From: Octopus vulgaris
Lineage: Eukaryota
NCBI GenBank assembly: GCA_951406725.2
Contig: OX597824.1
Span: forward strand, 53,196,001-53,260,000
Length of the DNA: 64,000 nucleotides
Direction of reading: 5' to 3'
Positions within the stretch are counted from its first letter, which is position 1, and every line of letters starts with the position of its first letter. Of this stretch, positions 49,158 through 62,173 are shown in pieces. Both the position numbers and the translations under genes were made by a program. The notes beneath the pieces were generated by a model that was given only the letters and a program-made list of their open reading frames with translations, ran no database searches and was not told the DNA's origin.

Positions 49158-51097
49158 TCGAAAAGTACCTTAGGAATGAGAACCCAGGTTCGAAATTTCC
49201 CCCAAGACACCTGATTAAGGCTAGAGGGTATATCAGCCGAAGCGTTGTGTTAACGACAAACAAGATGAGGACAAATATCCATCAAATGTAAATAGTGTAA
49301 ATAATGTACATAATTCCTCATCTCTTAAATATAGAACAGGTTCATCCGATTTTCGACCACCATTCATCAGGTGTTGTGTGTGTCTCTTACAGGGAAAAGT
49401 ACTACCAGTATGTCACCACACCATTTACCTTTTCAAGGGGATCTCTGCTTGGCTTAATTATAAGATTTTGATCAAGTAACCGTTATACATGCGTGAAAGT
49501 TGAATTTAGAAAGGTTAAAATAAAACATATATTTAAAATAAAATTTTAAAAAGTAAAAAATTAAGAATTAAAAGCATAAATAAAAATAATAAATTAATTA
49601 ATTATAAATTAAAAATTAAGAATTGAAACATTAATAATTTAAATTAAAATATGAAATTTTTAAAACTTTGAATTACTAAAGATTAAAAAATAGAGAATTA
49701 AAGAATTAAAAGTATATAAAAAATGAATTAAATAAATTAACAAATGCAACAGCTAAGTGCTTTCTAGCAATATATAGGATTTAAAAGAGCAGTCCACCAA
49801 CAATCAACTAGATGGCTCGAAAAAGTAGTAAGCCCTATACCAGCGGCAACAGAAGGTGTGCGCTCCATAAAGGAGAAAGGTAATGTTTGCGTTTCTTACC
49901 GTGATATTGATTCATCTGATATTTCAAATATGAATGTGCATTAAGTGCTTTCTAAATACACCAATATCCATGTTGTGGATACATTAACATCTCGAAGATC
50001 TATGAGGATTCTAGTAAGGTACAGAAAAGCCGTGGGGCTTTGAACCCTAAGCTGTTAAAGTATTAGGTCTTTACTCTAGATGGAAAGAATGAGACCATCG
50101 ATACTATGAAGTGGCATCCAGTTCTAGGGTTGATATAGCTTTCAATCATACAGTAAGACACTAGATCCACCAGGAACTTCCATTTGTGTGTACGTGTGTG
50201 TATGTGCGCGCCCGTGTGTGTGCGCGTGTGGATGTGCATGTGTGTGTGTGTGTGTGTGTGTGTGAATACGTGTGTATGTTTATCACTGCATATCGTGTAT
50301 TCGCTTTAGGGAGTAGAACCTCAATTCCTTTAGTCACTCCCAGTAGCTCATCTATTGCATTGAGGCAATCTGTTTGGTTTAAAAGCGTTATATTGCCCTG
50401 CCTTTAGTTTGATGTTATCTGATGATCATAATTGGGAACAGTAGCTGAAGCTCTTGATGTAATAGTTATGCAACGAGATGTGCTCAACGTAATTAATATT
50501 GAGGTTGAGATTATCTTAATGAAAGGAAGGTTACATTGTCGCTTGGAATTTCTACGTCAACTCCACGGTAAATTTAGATACTTTTACCCACACGATTTTC
50601 ACTGAGAAAAAAATTACTCAGATCTTAACCACGGATCAAGTACCCTGGCTTCCAAATGTGCGGCAAACCCCTTATTATTGTTCGAACCCTCCTCCTCATT
50701 GGAATTCTTTCTTTTTTCTTTGTTGAATGAATTACAGTGCCCTCCTAATATGCCACAAAGCCTTTTTTTTGGGTCCGGAAAACGGGATACGGTGGGGTGG
50801 AAAACTCGGAAATATCACACACTCCCAACATTTTACAGAAATACGTTTTCCAGTGTGTGGATTACATGGTTCGTCATTAAATATATAGAGAATTTGAATC
50901 AATATGTTAACATTTATATTGTGTGTATTTCATGCTGAAAATATTTTTCTAAAGTCATAGTGTATGCATATATATATATATATATATATATATGCATACA
51001 CTATGACTTTAGAAAAATATTTTCAGCATATATATATATGTATGTATGTATTAATATATAAATGTATATATATATATGTATGTATTAATATATATAT

Positions 51098-51269
51098 AGG
51101 CGCAGGAGTGGATGTGTGGTAAGTAGCTTGCTTACCAACCACATGGTTCCGGGTTCAGTCCCACTGCGTGGCATCTTGGGCAAGTGTCTTCCGCTATAGC
51201 CTCGGGCTGACCAATGCCTTGTGAGTGGATTTGGTAGACGGAAACTGAAAGAATCCTGTCGTATATATG

Positions 51270-51335
<66 letters not shown>

Positions 51336-51590
51336 TGTGTGTGTGTGTGTATGTGTGTGTATATGTTTGTGTGTCTGTGTTTGTCCCCCTAGCATTGCTT
51401 GACAACCGATGCTGGTGTGTTTACGTCCCCGTCACTTAGCGGTTCGGCAAAAAGAGACCGATAGAATAAGTACTGGGCTTACAAAGAATAAGTCCCGGGG
51501 TCGATTTGCTCCACTAAAGGCGGTGCTCCAGCATGGCCGCAGTCAAATGACTGAAACAAAGTAAAAGAGTAAAAGAGAGTAAAAGAGTAT
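51098..51590 (+). mobile_element. tRNA/CORE-like SINE with internal (TA)/(TG) tract
   Basis: ggcgcaggagtggatgtgtggtaagtagcttgc..ccgggttcagtccc..cttgggcaagt; tail (gtaaaaga)n. Confidence 0.85.
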
Positions 51591-51664
51591 ATGTATATAT
51601 ATATGTGTATTTATATGTATATATATATATATTCATATATTTATATGTATATATATGTATATAT

Positions 51665-52080
51665 AGGCGCAGGAGTGGCTGTGTGGTAAGTAGCTTGCTA
51701 ACCAGCCACATGGTTCCGGGTTCAGTCCCACTGCGTGGCATCTTGGGCAAGTGTCTTCTGCTATAGCCCCGGGCCGACCAATGCCTTGTGAGTGGATTTG
51801 GTAGACGGAAACTGAAAGAAGCCTGTCGTATATATATGTATATATATATGTATGTGTGTGTGTGTTTGTGTGTCTGTGTTTGTCCCCCTAACATCGCCTG
51901 ACAACCGATGCTGGTGTGTTTACGTCCCCGTCACCTAGCGGTTCGGCAAAAGAGACCGATAGAATAAGTACTGGGCTTACAAAGAATAAGTTCCGGGGTC
52001 GATTTCCTCGACTAAAGGCGGTGCTCCAGCATGGCCGCAGTCAAATGACTGAAACAAGTAAAAGAGTAAAGAGTAAAGAG
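51665..52080 (+). mobile_element. Second tandem copy of the same SINE
   Basis: Near-identical to 51098-51590. Confidence 0.85.
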
Positions 52081-52105
52081 AGATATATATATCTCAATAT
52101 ATTAA

Positions 52106-52156
<51 letters not shown>

Positions 52157-53473
52157 TAATACATATATACATAAATATATATGAATACACTACGACTTCA
52201 GAAAAAATATGTTCACCATAAAATACAAACAATATAAATGTTTACATATTAATTCAAATTCTCTATATATTTAATGACGAACCATGTAATCCACACACTG
52301 GAAAACGTATTTTTGTAAAATGTTGGGAGTGGTCGGGTGAAATTTCCAAGTGTTCCACACCACCTCACTCCATTTTCCAAAAATAAAAGGTTTGTGGCAT
52401 ATTAGGTCACCGCAATTCATTCAACGAAAGGAAAAAAATTCCAATGATTCCGGGATGGGGGGGTCGAGTTCCCCCAACCCTTTTTTCCAAACATAGCGGT
52501 GAGTTTAAATGGATAGAGAAGCTAATAGTAAAAAGTAGAAATAAATAAAAAGCAAACAAGTCAAGAAGTATATCAAGATAGCCAATACGCGATAAAGCAA
52601 AGGGTGAGACCCAAATTATGCAGGAGTTCGTGTGGCTTAGAGTAGGATGGAAAAGAGAAAGAAGGAAAAGAGAAAGAAAAGGAAATAAAGAAGAAAAAAG
52701 AGAAAATTATTGTTATCGTTAAGGGGAAAATATTGTGATCATAAATGCGTGCGCGCGGTTGCTGTGTGTGCGCGTGCATTTGTATGGGCGCTTGAGTGTG
52801 TGTATGCATTGTAATGTAGATGGGCATGCTGGTATACTGGCGCCTTGTATTCTGCAACGCGAACACCACCTCTTTTATCCTCATTAACTTGAATGACAGG
52901 ATTCTAACAGTCGGTAAAATCTCTTGTTACAATATTTCCCCTTAAAGACAACTATTTTCTAGTTTCCTTTCTTCTTTCTTCCTTTTTCTTTCAATTTTCC
53001 TTCCTACTCTTCAACTCTAAACCACGTCAACTCCTGCAAATTTTGGGTTTCAACTTTTGCCTTATCGCCGGAGCTTATCTAGTGGCATAAAGAGCTTCAG
53101 CTAGCTAAGAAACATATGTAAAGTGCATTTTACCTATTCTACTCACTCAATTTGGATATTTATTTACCTTACTAGCAAGTCTAGTTGCTAACTGTAAGCT
53201 ATATAGAAACTGGCAGCTTATCGAATTTCCCCGCAACTTCGATATAGGAAAACATGTATAATTCTTGGCGCCGATGAATTGTTATTGTTCCTTATGATAC
53301 ACTGTCCACATTTTGTTCTCTATACCTACCATTCACTACCTGAAGCTTACCAACTTCCTACACTCGGATCTCCGGATCACACACATATATATATATATAT
53401 ATATATCGAGATATATATATGCATATATATATATTTATATATATATATCGAGATATTTATATGCATATATATA

Positions 53474-53518
<45 letters not shown>

Positions 53519-53520
<2 letters not shown>

Positions 53521-54140
53521 AAGTTTTGGCTGCTATTTCTGAAAAGTTCGGTGTGTGGTAAAGTGAATTTTTTTACTTTACCATATTTTTATAAATTAAT
53601 ACTTCAAATATACCGTAAATGGTCTTTACATACCGAATACTGCTTGGTCGAATTTATTAACAATTAATTAATTCGACCCCTTTTTTTATAACAATATAAT
53701 GCTTTCTCTCCAAGAATTTGAACTACAGTTTTTACCTCTGTAGAAATGTAATGCTCTATGACTCACGTGGGTGGACAGGGAGAATAATAGATCTCATTCG
53801 TATTTTTGGATTCGCTAGTACTGGGTGTCTGGCATGGTTTGTCCGATATCGGACGGGTATGTTTGATTCTTAGTATTTTCAAATCTAAATCAGAAGAAAT
53901 CTCTGAGCTGATGAAGGAAAAGTGGCGTTTTACCCACAAATCCAGAAACAGACTGTCCTCGGGTATCGTATATGGATGTGATCTTTCATTGTTTTTCCCT
54001 TATACCTATGTGAGTTATTTTCTGAGTATGCATTGTCTGGAGACTTTTATTTGCAGTTGAAGAAATAGCCAAATTTTTGGCTGCTATTTCTGAAAAGTTC
54101 GGTGTGTGGTAAAGTGAATTTTTTTACTTTACCATATTTT

Positions 54141-54147
<7 letters not shown>
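53519..54147 (+). mobile_element. Retrozyme/pLTR-like unit (551-bp period, ~78-bp partial tandem repeat) with HHR at 53902-53963
   Basis: ttttggctgctatttctgaaaagttcggtgtgtgg at 53524 and 54075; TCTGAG CTGATGA aGGA..TCCa GAAACAG A CTGTC CTCGGG. Confidence 0.75.
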
Positions 54148-54186
<39 letters not shown>

Positions 54187-54270
54187 TATATATATATATA
54201 TGTAGGTCCCGGGTTGAGTCGGGGTTAACCACAGTAAATAAGGTACTCAATACATAGCAGAGTAAAGTAA

Positions 54271-54400
54271 TTTATTTTATAGAAGGAGCTTTTACAGGAC
54301 TAGAACTGTTTCATTCAGATGAAATCTTCGGGAAGCTTCCTGATGATTTCATCTGAATGAAACAGTTCTAGTCCTGTAGAAGTTCCTTCTATAAAATAAA
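54271..54400. repeat. Near-perfect palindrome with HHR-like core fragments
   Basis: tttattttatagaagga..tttcattcagatgaaatc / gatttcatctgaatgaaa..tccttctataaaataaa; CTGATGA..GAAAC in the right arm; related sequence at ~59252-59308. Confidence 0.8.
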
Positions 54401-54460
<60 letters not shown>

Positions 54461-55641
54461 TATATATATACGCATATATGTACATATGTATGTATGCATG
54501 AGTATATATGTTTAATGTATACAAATACGCGCATATACACACATACACACACTCTCACTCACATCACATCACATCACACAGCTTTCTAAGGCGCCACTAC
54601 ACTGCTTCAGTAATATTATTAGGAGCAATTAATCATATTTTCAGATATAAATGGAAACGAAGGTAGGAGCCCTTTTTTTTTCTTCTTTGAGCTTCAAATC
54701 TAAATATATCGATTAAAAAAAAACACATATATCTTTCCTTTATTAAACGAAATATCTTGCTGTTCTTCATCTTCTACCTGACTAAATATTTTACATAAAT
54801 ACGTGTTGTTGTGTAGCAGCGTTGCTATTTAGCTATTGGCATTTAAAATTTGTTCTTGAACATCTATAATCATCTTCTCAATTCCAACTTCCCAATCTTT
54901 CAGCGAGTAGGTTGCTGTTGATTTATATGATAAACTTGACCTTAATATAAGGCGATTATTGATCGCTAATGCCGTTCCCCGATACTGAGATACTTCATTC
55001 TTTATACATACATACATACATACATACATACATACATACATACATAAAATACATACATACAAAAAACGTATCTTCAGTCACTTAGAAATATTTGCTATTA
55101 TTCTCAGTTCTTTTTCTCAGTGGCACGAACATTTCACAAATGATTCCAACAAATCTAGTTTACACAAAACTTTATGTATGCGTGTGTGTGCGTTTGTGTG
55201 TGCTTGTGCGTGTATTTTCGTGTGCGCGCATGTGTGCGTGTGCGCGAATGTGTGCGTGTGCGCGCATGTGTGCAGCGCGCGCATGTGTTGTGTACACATA
55301 TGTACAAATATTTAAATATGTATATATAATGCACATGCATTTAAAAATATATTTCTATTACTACACATGCACACATATATGTATATATGAGTTTTTCCGT
55401 CTTTATGTCACCCTCTCTCCCTCTTTCTTTCTCTCTCTCTCTCTATTTCTCTATCTATCTATCTGTACAAGATGCATTCCAGAAGTTTTGAGACTTTCGA
55501 AGAAGACATTAATTTCAGAGAAATAGAAAAGTCTAATCTCCTTCAAAGTAGGATCACCTCATTTCAATGCACAGATTGTAGTGCTCCAGTTACTTGGTGA
55601 CGACCACACAGAAATCCTCTAATATATACATATATATATAT

Positions 55642-56303
55642 TTTATATTATATTGAGGGTACTACTATTCGTAGATACCAACACGCTAAGAGGGACCAAT
55701 GCGGTCAAAACTACTAAAAATAAACAAAATTTTACCGAATGCAAAACTTCAAAACACATCATTTTAAAAAAGAATTCAGTTACATATCACATGTGATTTC
55801 GCATTTAAATGCAGAATATGCATTTTATGTTCATCAGTGCAACAAACTCAAGAAATATAAGAGAAAAACATAACATTACAAGCTCGATAGCCAACCGTAG
55901 AATTCGTCGTAGCATGTCCGAATGTTTATCTTTACATATCTATGAAAATGGCGGGCTTATTCGCAATGCATTTCGGTAACAAATTGTCTATTCGGAATAA
56001 AAATTCAGTATTGAACTATTCCGGTGAAAAATATAAATTAACAATTGAGGATAAATTCTTTAAAAGAAATTATCAGTAGTCAGCGTGAAAAACCTCGTAA
56101 GAGAAAAAATCCGTAAATTCTTCCTCTTTGAAAATATTCATTTATATTATATTGAGGGTACTACTATTCGTAGATACCAACACGCTAAGAGGGACCAATG
56201 CGGTCAAAACTACTAAAAATAAACAACATTTTACCGAATGCAAAACTTCAAAACACATCATTTTAAAAAAGAATTCAGTTACATATCACATGTGATTTCG
56301 CAT
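55642..56303 (-). mobile_element. Retrozyme/pLTR-like unit (499-bp period, 163-bp partial tandem repeat) with HHR at 55779-55843
   Basis: 55642-55804 = 56141-56303; minus: GTTGCA CTGATGA acat..atgc GAAA TCAC AT GTGA TA TGTAAC. Confidence 0.8.
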
Positions 56304-56425
56304 ATATATATATATATATATATAAAATGCAGTGTACGCTAGAAAGAACAGTTAAAGTGCAAGCCACTAATTAAGGATAAAATTCTCGAAGGGAATGAAA
56401 AATAAAAACATTTTACCATCTAATT

Positions 56426-56500
56426 CCTGGACCATGGTTTCTGACTTATTTTAGTAACTAAAAATTTATTTATTTACCAGGCGAAGTCTTCTTCAACAGG
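56426..56500 (-). ncRNA. Hammerhead-like motif (TTGAAGA core variant); related copy at ~60700-60770
   Basis: Minus: CCTG TTGAAGA aGAC...GTCa GAAAC CATG GTC CAGG; palindromic stem III ACCATGGT. Confidence 0.55.
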
Positions 56501-56594
56501 GACGCCATAGATTAAATATATAAACAACGAGGCCAATCCAGCATGTATCTCATTGCTTATAATGTATAAGCAATAAGATACATGCTGGATTATC

Positions 56595-57225
56595 CTTCCC
56601 ATCCCACTCTATCCCATCCCTCACACACTCTCCCACACACCCCACCTCTACCCCCACCATCTGCCTACCCACATACCCCACATCTACATCCACTCTCTGC
56701 CTACCCACATACCCCACCTGTACCCCAACCCTCAGCCTAACCCACACCCCACCCGTGCTTTCCCCACTCTCGCCTCCACCATCACACCGCACCACATTAC
56801 AACATACCACACAACACATCATATCACAACACACCACCACGCACACACCAGCACTGACTAATTCCCATCCCCACATTTTCACACCTACACATACACACAC
56901 GCACACGTCAAAATCACCAGTCCTTTCTCACACGCACATACGTAGTCCCTTACATACACGCGCACCTTCGTTTTTGGATCACTACTACTTCTTAGCTCTC
57001 TTGTGTGACCCTTCTGTCCGGCATTCGCCATGATTAATCGGTAGCCACTACACACATTTTTCTCTCTCTCCTTGTTTCTCTCCATGTTACTTTCTGTGTT
57101 CCTTACTGTGGAAGAGCGTTGGCTCGAAACGTTAGACCTTTTGAATTACCGAGCGTTATACTAACACACCTGTTTGTTTTCTACACCACCTGTCTTCGTC
57201 TTTTGTTTTTTTCATGAATTCTTCC
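56595..57225 (+). mobile_element. 3' UTR fragment of the Penelope family seen at 59478-60325 and 62171-64000
   Basis: C-rich cccacataccccacatctac repeats match the reverse complement of 59530-59745. Confidence 0.65.
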
Positions 57226-57226
57226 T

Positions 57227-57272
<46 letters not shown>

Positions 57273-57793
57273 ACCCACACACAGAAATATTTAATGTGTG
57301 TATAAATATACAAATATTTATACACACGTATGCATAATAAAAACACAAATGGGACGCATCTTTAGTGATGAATAGTTCAAATATATAATGAAAAAAAAAC
57401 GTCTTTTTCAGGTGATTAAAAATTTGGTTCTGAGAAGAATACCGCAATATGTCGATTGGCCCTTTTAGACAGGCGTCATTAAAGAAAACACACGAAGAGT
57501 TAACTAGATTTAACTGCCTACGATGTCAAAGATCAATGAGTCATAAAACAATAATCACTGATGCCTAACTCCGAGGGCTAATCCACATCTTGTGGTATTT
57601 TTTCTCCGGACTGAATTTTTTAATTAGCTAAAGAAAACTGTTTTTCATGATGTAATCAATAAAAAATGCATCTGAAACAGGTGTAGTGTACCTTTAACCA
57701 GTTTGTATTCATATTTTATACAAATGCTGGACCTGGAATCTCCCCTATGTTCGATCTGGAACTTGTATTGTATCGTAAACTTACATGCGTCTT

Positions 57794-57861
<68 letters not shown>

Positions 57862-58650
57862 TACATATATATGTCTATGTACATATATATATATAAGTGT
57901 ATGCATACGTTCATATATGCAGGAGTATTTTTATGTGGTGCATACACGTATGTGCTGAACTCGACCCTTTCCTGGTGTCCTGAATGTTAAAATACCTTGA
58001 TTCAAATGAATCCTACAATGAATTACACACACACACACATGTATTCATCTTCCTACTCTCTACTCTATAACTACTCCCTTAGCAACCTCATTATTAACAC
58101 CTCCCTCTTCTTGAACTCTTTTCTCCTCTCACCTTTCCCTGTCTCAAACCCCCTCCCCACACACACACACACAATTCCTCCCTCTAATACACTTTTAATC
58201 ATTCCACCTTTGAACTTCTCTGCATTAAGATCTGAAATGTAAGATCTTCTCTACTCTGATGACGGATGCTGGTCTCATCCTATGTGAAATGCATCCATAC
58301 AGCCATATTTTGTGATGAACTAAATCTACCAACATTATTATGGATCACTGAACTCCTAGAAACAGCTGTTTGACTTACAAAACTTTTCTTCCACCCCATC
58401 AAATTCCTTGGACGTTTGCATTCCGTATCAGTTGAACCTATTAATATAAATATCTAAATATTTATACATATAAATTCATCATCTGAAAGTTTCCACCATT
58501 TTATTTGTGGCGTGTTGCATGTATACATGTATGCATATTTTGTATTTAATATACCTAATATATTTTATATGTCTAATTTGTTTATCCCCATAATTGCTTC
58601 TATATACACATACATGTTTGTATGTATGTATATGTATGTGTATGAGGATA

Positions 58651-58681
<31 letters not shown>

Positions 58682-58734
58682 GTAGGTGTAAGTATATATA
58701 TATAAGTATATATACGTGTATATGTATACATATG

Positions 58735-58773
<39 letters not shown>

Positions 58774-58839
58774 AAAAAGGAGATGTGGAACACGAGTTGT
58801 GATATATAAAAACGGAAATGAAGAAAATGCTGACAAAAT

Positions 58840-59085
58840 AATTTAAGTAATTTAAGTAATTTAATTAGGTGAAAGTTCTTTTTACCGGTTGCGCATTTGT
58901 TATAGATTTTTTTCCTCTTTTTTCCAGATAAGAGGAAAAAATCTATCAGAAAGGAACTCTATCTCTCTTCACCTAAAAAATATCTTAAATTATTTTTGAT
59001 AAGCATAACAAATGTACTGTATGTGTGGCAACCGGCATGCAAAAGAACTTTCACCTAATTAAATTACTTAAATTACTTAAATTAT
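58840..59085. repeat. Inverted repeat (~55-bp arms)
   Basis: aatttaagtaatttaagtaatttaattaggtgaaagttctttt vs aaaagaactttcacctaattaaattacttaaattacttaaatt. Confidence 0.8.
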
Positions 59086-59303
59086 GTATATGTATATATA
59101 TATATATATATATTTTGTATATTGTGTGTATATATATGTATGTATGTATGTGTGTGTAGATACGTATACATGTGTGTATAGGTATAAGTGAGAATCTCCT
59201 TATTTACCTATAACTCTATCCCCCACATTTATCTATTCTTTCATCTTTACCACTGAAGATTTCTCTTGAATGAAACAGTATAGTCCTTAGCTCCTTCTAT
59301 TTA

Positions 59304-59342
<39 letters not shown>

Positions 59343-59419
59343 TACATATGTGTGTGAATATATATGTATAAAGGTAGTGCCCCAGTATGGCCGCAGTCAA
59401 ATAACTAAAACAAGTAAAT

Positions 59420-59477
<58 letters not shown>

Positions 59478-59478
<1 letters not shown>

Positions 59479-60325
59479 TACTGGTGGGTTGTGATATGAT
59501 GTGTTGTGTAGTATGGTGTAGTGTAGTGTGGTGTGATGGTGTTGGGAGGTGGGAGAGGCGAGAGTGGGGAAAGCACGGGTGGGGTGTGAGTTAGGCTGAG
59601 GGTTGGGGTAGAGGTGGGGTATGTAGGTAGGCAGAGGGTGGGTGTAGATGTGGGGTATGTGGGTAGGCAGAGGGCGGGGGTAGAGGTGGGGTATGTGGGA
59701 GAGGGTTTGAGGGATGGGATAGAGTGGGATGGGAAGGATAGGGAAGGTGAGGTGGGGATTTGTAGTGGTGGGGTGGGCTTATGGGGGAGGGTTGACGATG
59801 GGGGAAGGGGAAGGTGGGTATGAGAGAGAAAGAGAGTAAGAGAGAAGAGAAAAAGAGTGTAGGGTAAAGAGAAGTAGGAATGAAGAGAAGTAGGAGTCAG
59901 AGCATGAAAGGAGAGGTGGGTGAGAGGAAATAGGAGGGAGGGGGAGAGGGGCAAGGGGAGAGAGGCAAGAGAAGGAAGCTAGATGAAGAGGGGAGGAGAG
60001 TTGAGTCCAAATTGCGTAAAAGAGCGAAGAGAGAAGATTAATCCCTGTTCACGGCGCAAACGGGAGTCCGGATGGCCTATGTGCAAGGACCATCCGAACA
60101 CGGACAGGTGTTGCAAAGAGTGACCGGTAGAGCAGAAATGGCGTGAGACCGGGGTGTCATTGCCGAGGCGGATGTCTCGGAGGAGTTCCGCGAACCGGTC
60201 AGCCAAGCGGCGTCCCGTTTTTCCGATGTACAGAGGAATGGCAGAGAGAGCAGGAGATGCAATAGATGAAGTGCAGATGAAAGATTCGGTGATGTGATAG
60301 GGTCGATGATGGGTGTCGGTGAGGA
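59478..60325 (-). mobile_element. Penelope-like 3' fragment (GIY-YIG + 3' UTR)
   Basis: LYIGKTGRRLADRFAELLRDIRL..PVSRHF..RLRREQGLIFSL; highly similar to 63630-63960. Confidence 0.85.
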
Positions 60326-60863
60326 GGTAAATCCAGCATGTGTCTCATTACTTATACATTTAAAATGTTTAAAATTCACTGCGTAAGCGCAGTCTTTTTT
60401 GTCGGCAGTAAAAATATAGCGGTAAATTCTTCGAACGAATCTACCAGAAATCATTATACATAATTAATAATATCAGGGTAATAAAGATTTTAGAAATTTT
60501 TACTACCAGTGGCCTTGCGTAGAGAAAAATTAGTCAATAGACTATATGTTATTCATATAAAATACAGTGTACATTAAAACACATTAAGAGGAGTCCATCA
60601 TAGAATCCTTTGCGCGAGAAAGAGCAGTTAAAGTCCAAACCACTAATTAGGGAATAAATTCTCGAAGGGAATGAAAAATAAAAACATTTACCATCTAATT
60701 CCGGACCATGGTTTCTGACATATTTTAGTAAATAAAAATTTATTTACCAGGCGAAGTCTTCATTAACAGAGCGTAAACACACCAGCATCGAGTGTCAAGC
60801 GATGGTGGGGTGACAAACAGACACACACATACATATATGTATATATATATATATATATATAAA

Positions 60864-60935
<72 letters not shown>

Positions 60936-60980
60936 TATACATATATATATATATATGTATATATCCATATATATATATAT

Positions 60981-61944
60981 TTAATCAATATAGGGTGGCA
61001 AAAAATTCAGCAGAAATTATTTGCCACCAGCGGCCTAGTGGGAAAAAAGTAAATAGTCAGAGACTATTAATAAATTCAACAGCAAAATTAAGGAACGGCC
61101 ATAATAGGCCGTTCAACCCACTAGAAATAGCAGCCAAGGCTTCAACCGCAAAACAATATTAATTCCGTAAACCAGGAGAAAATTTTAAAAAACATTTACC
61201 CTGTAATACTTTATACAATGCATCGTTTCGTCTATTTTTTAATGACAAATCAACCTGATTAAATTAAATCAAGCTAATCTTCCATAGGCCAATAGATTCA
61301 TCAGTAAAGTAAGCCAGACGAGACAGATATTTTCACGAGGCAGCACCACTACTGTCTCGGCTATATCTGACCTAAAATTTTCAAATCATCGTACTCGCGC
61401 CAAATTTATCGGCAGCAAATATAAGCTGCCGATTCCATTTCGGAATTAAACAGAAAATTCCTAATTAATCAATATAGGGTGGCAAAAAATTCAGCAGAAA
61501 TTATTTGCCACCAGCGGCCTAGTGGGAAAAAAGTAAATAGTCAGAGACTATTAATAAATTCAACAGCAAAATTAAGGAACGGCCATAATAGGCCGTTCAA
61601 CCCACTAGAAATAGCAGCCAAGGCTTCAACCGCAAAACAATATTAATTCCGTAAACCAGGAGAAAATTTTAAAAAACATTTACCCTGTAATACTTTATAC
61701 AATGCATCGTTTCGTCTATTTTTTAATGACAAATCAACCTGATTAAATTAAATCAAGCTAATCTTCCATAGGCCAATAGATTCATCAGTAAAGTAAGCCA
61801 GACGAGACAGATATTTTCACGAGGCAGCACCACTACTGTCTCGGCTATATCTGACCTAAAATTTTCAAATCATCGTACTCGCGCCAAATTTATCGGCAGC
61901 AAATATAAGCTGCCGATTCCATTTCGGAATTAAACAGAAAATTC
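60981..61944 (-). mobile_element. Tandem dimer of a 484-bp retrozyme-like unit, each monomer with a type I HHR (61207-61311, 61691-61795)
   Basis: 60981-61464 repeated at 61465-61944; minus: TACTTTA CTGATGA aTCTATT..AATAGAc GAAACGAT GC ATTGTA | TAAAGTA. Confidence 0.85.
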
Positions 61945-62132
61945 ATAATTTCCTTCATAAATTCATAATTTCCTTCTCCATTACACTTTTTATAATATTT
62001 TTGATAAGGTTCGTTTTTTCAAGAACCGAAACATGTAAAATTCATAAGAAAATTAAAATTTATCTAATATAGTGGCGTTTTCAAACTTCTTTTTTACAAA
62101 TATATACCCACTCGTATACGATCTACTCTTAT

Positions 62133-62170
<38 letters not shown>

Positions 62171-62173
<3 letters not shown>

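Larger units (their letters stand above)
50695..52445. repeat. Diverged inverted repeat (~270-bp arms) enclosing (TA)n tracts and two SINEs
   Basis: ttttccagtgtgtggattacatggttcgtcattaaatatatagagaatttgaat (~50846) vs its reverse complement at ~52253-52305. Confidence 0.85.

Noticed and set aside
57103-57135. ctgtggaagagcgttggctcgaaacgtta (and similar at 600-630, 18589-18600) as an HHR
   Set aside because: Stem II and GAAAC are present, but the core deviates (CUGUGGA) and stem I is unclear; at best degenerate
58255-58378. CTGATGA...GAAACAGCTGT HHR-like pair
   Set aside because: Stem I and stem II closing pairs are not supported
60981-61944. CRISPR-like or prokaryotic repeat system
   Set aside because: Eukaryotic context; long identical units without spacers and no cas genes anywhere in the window
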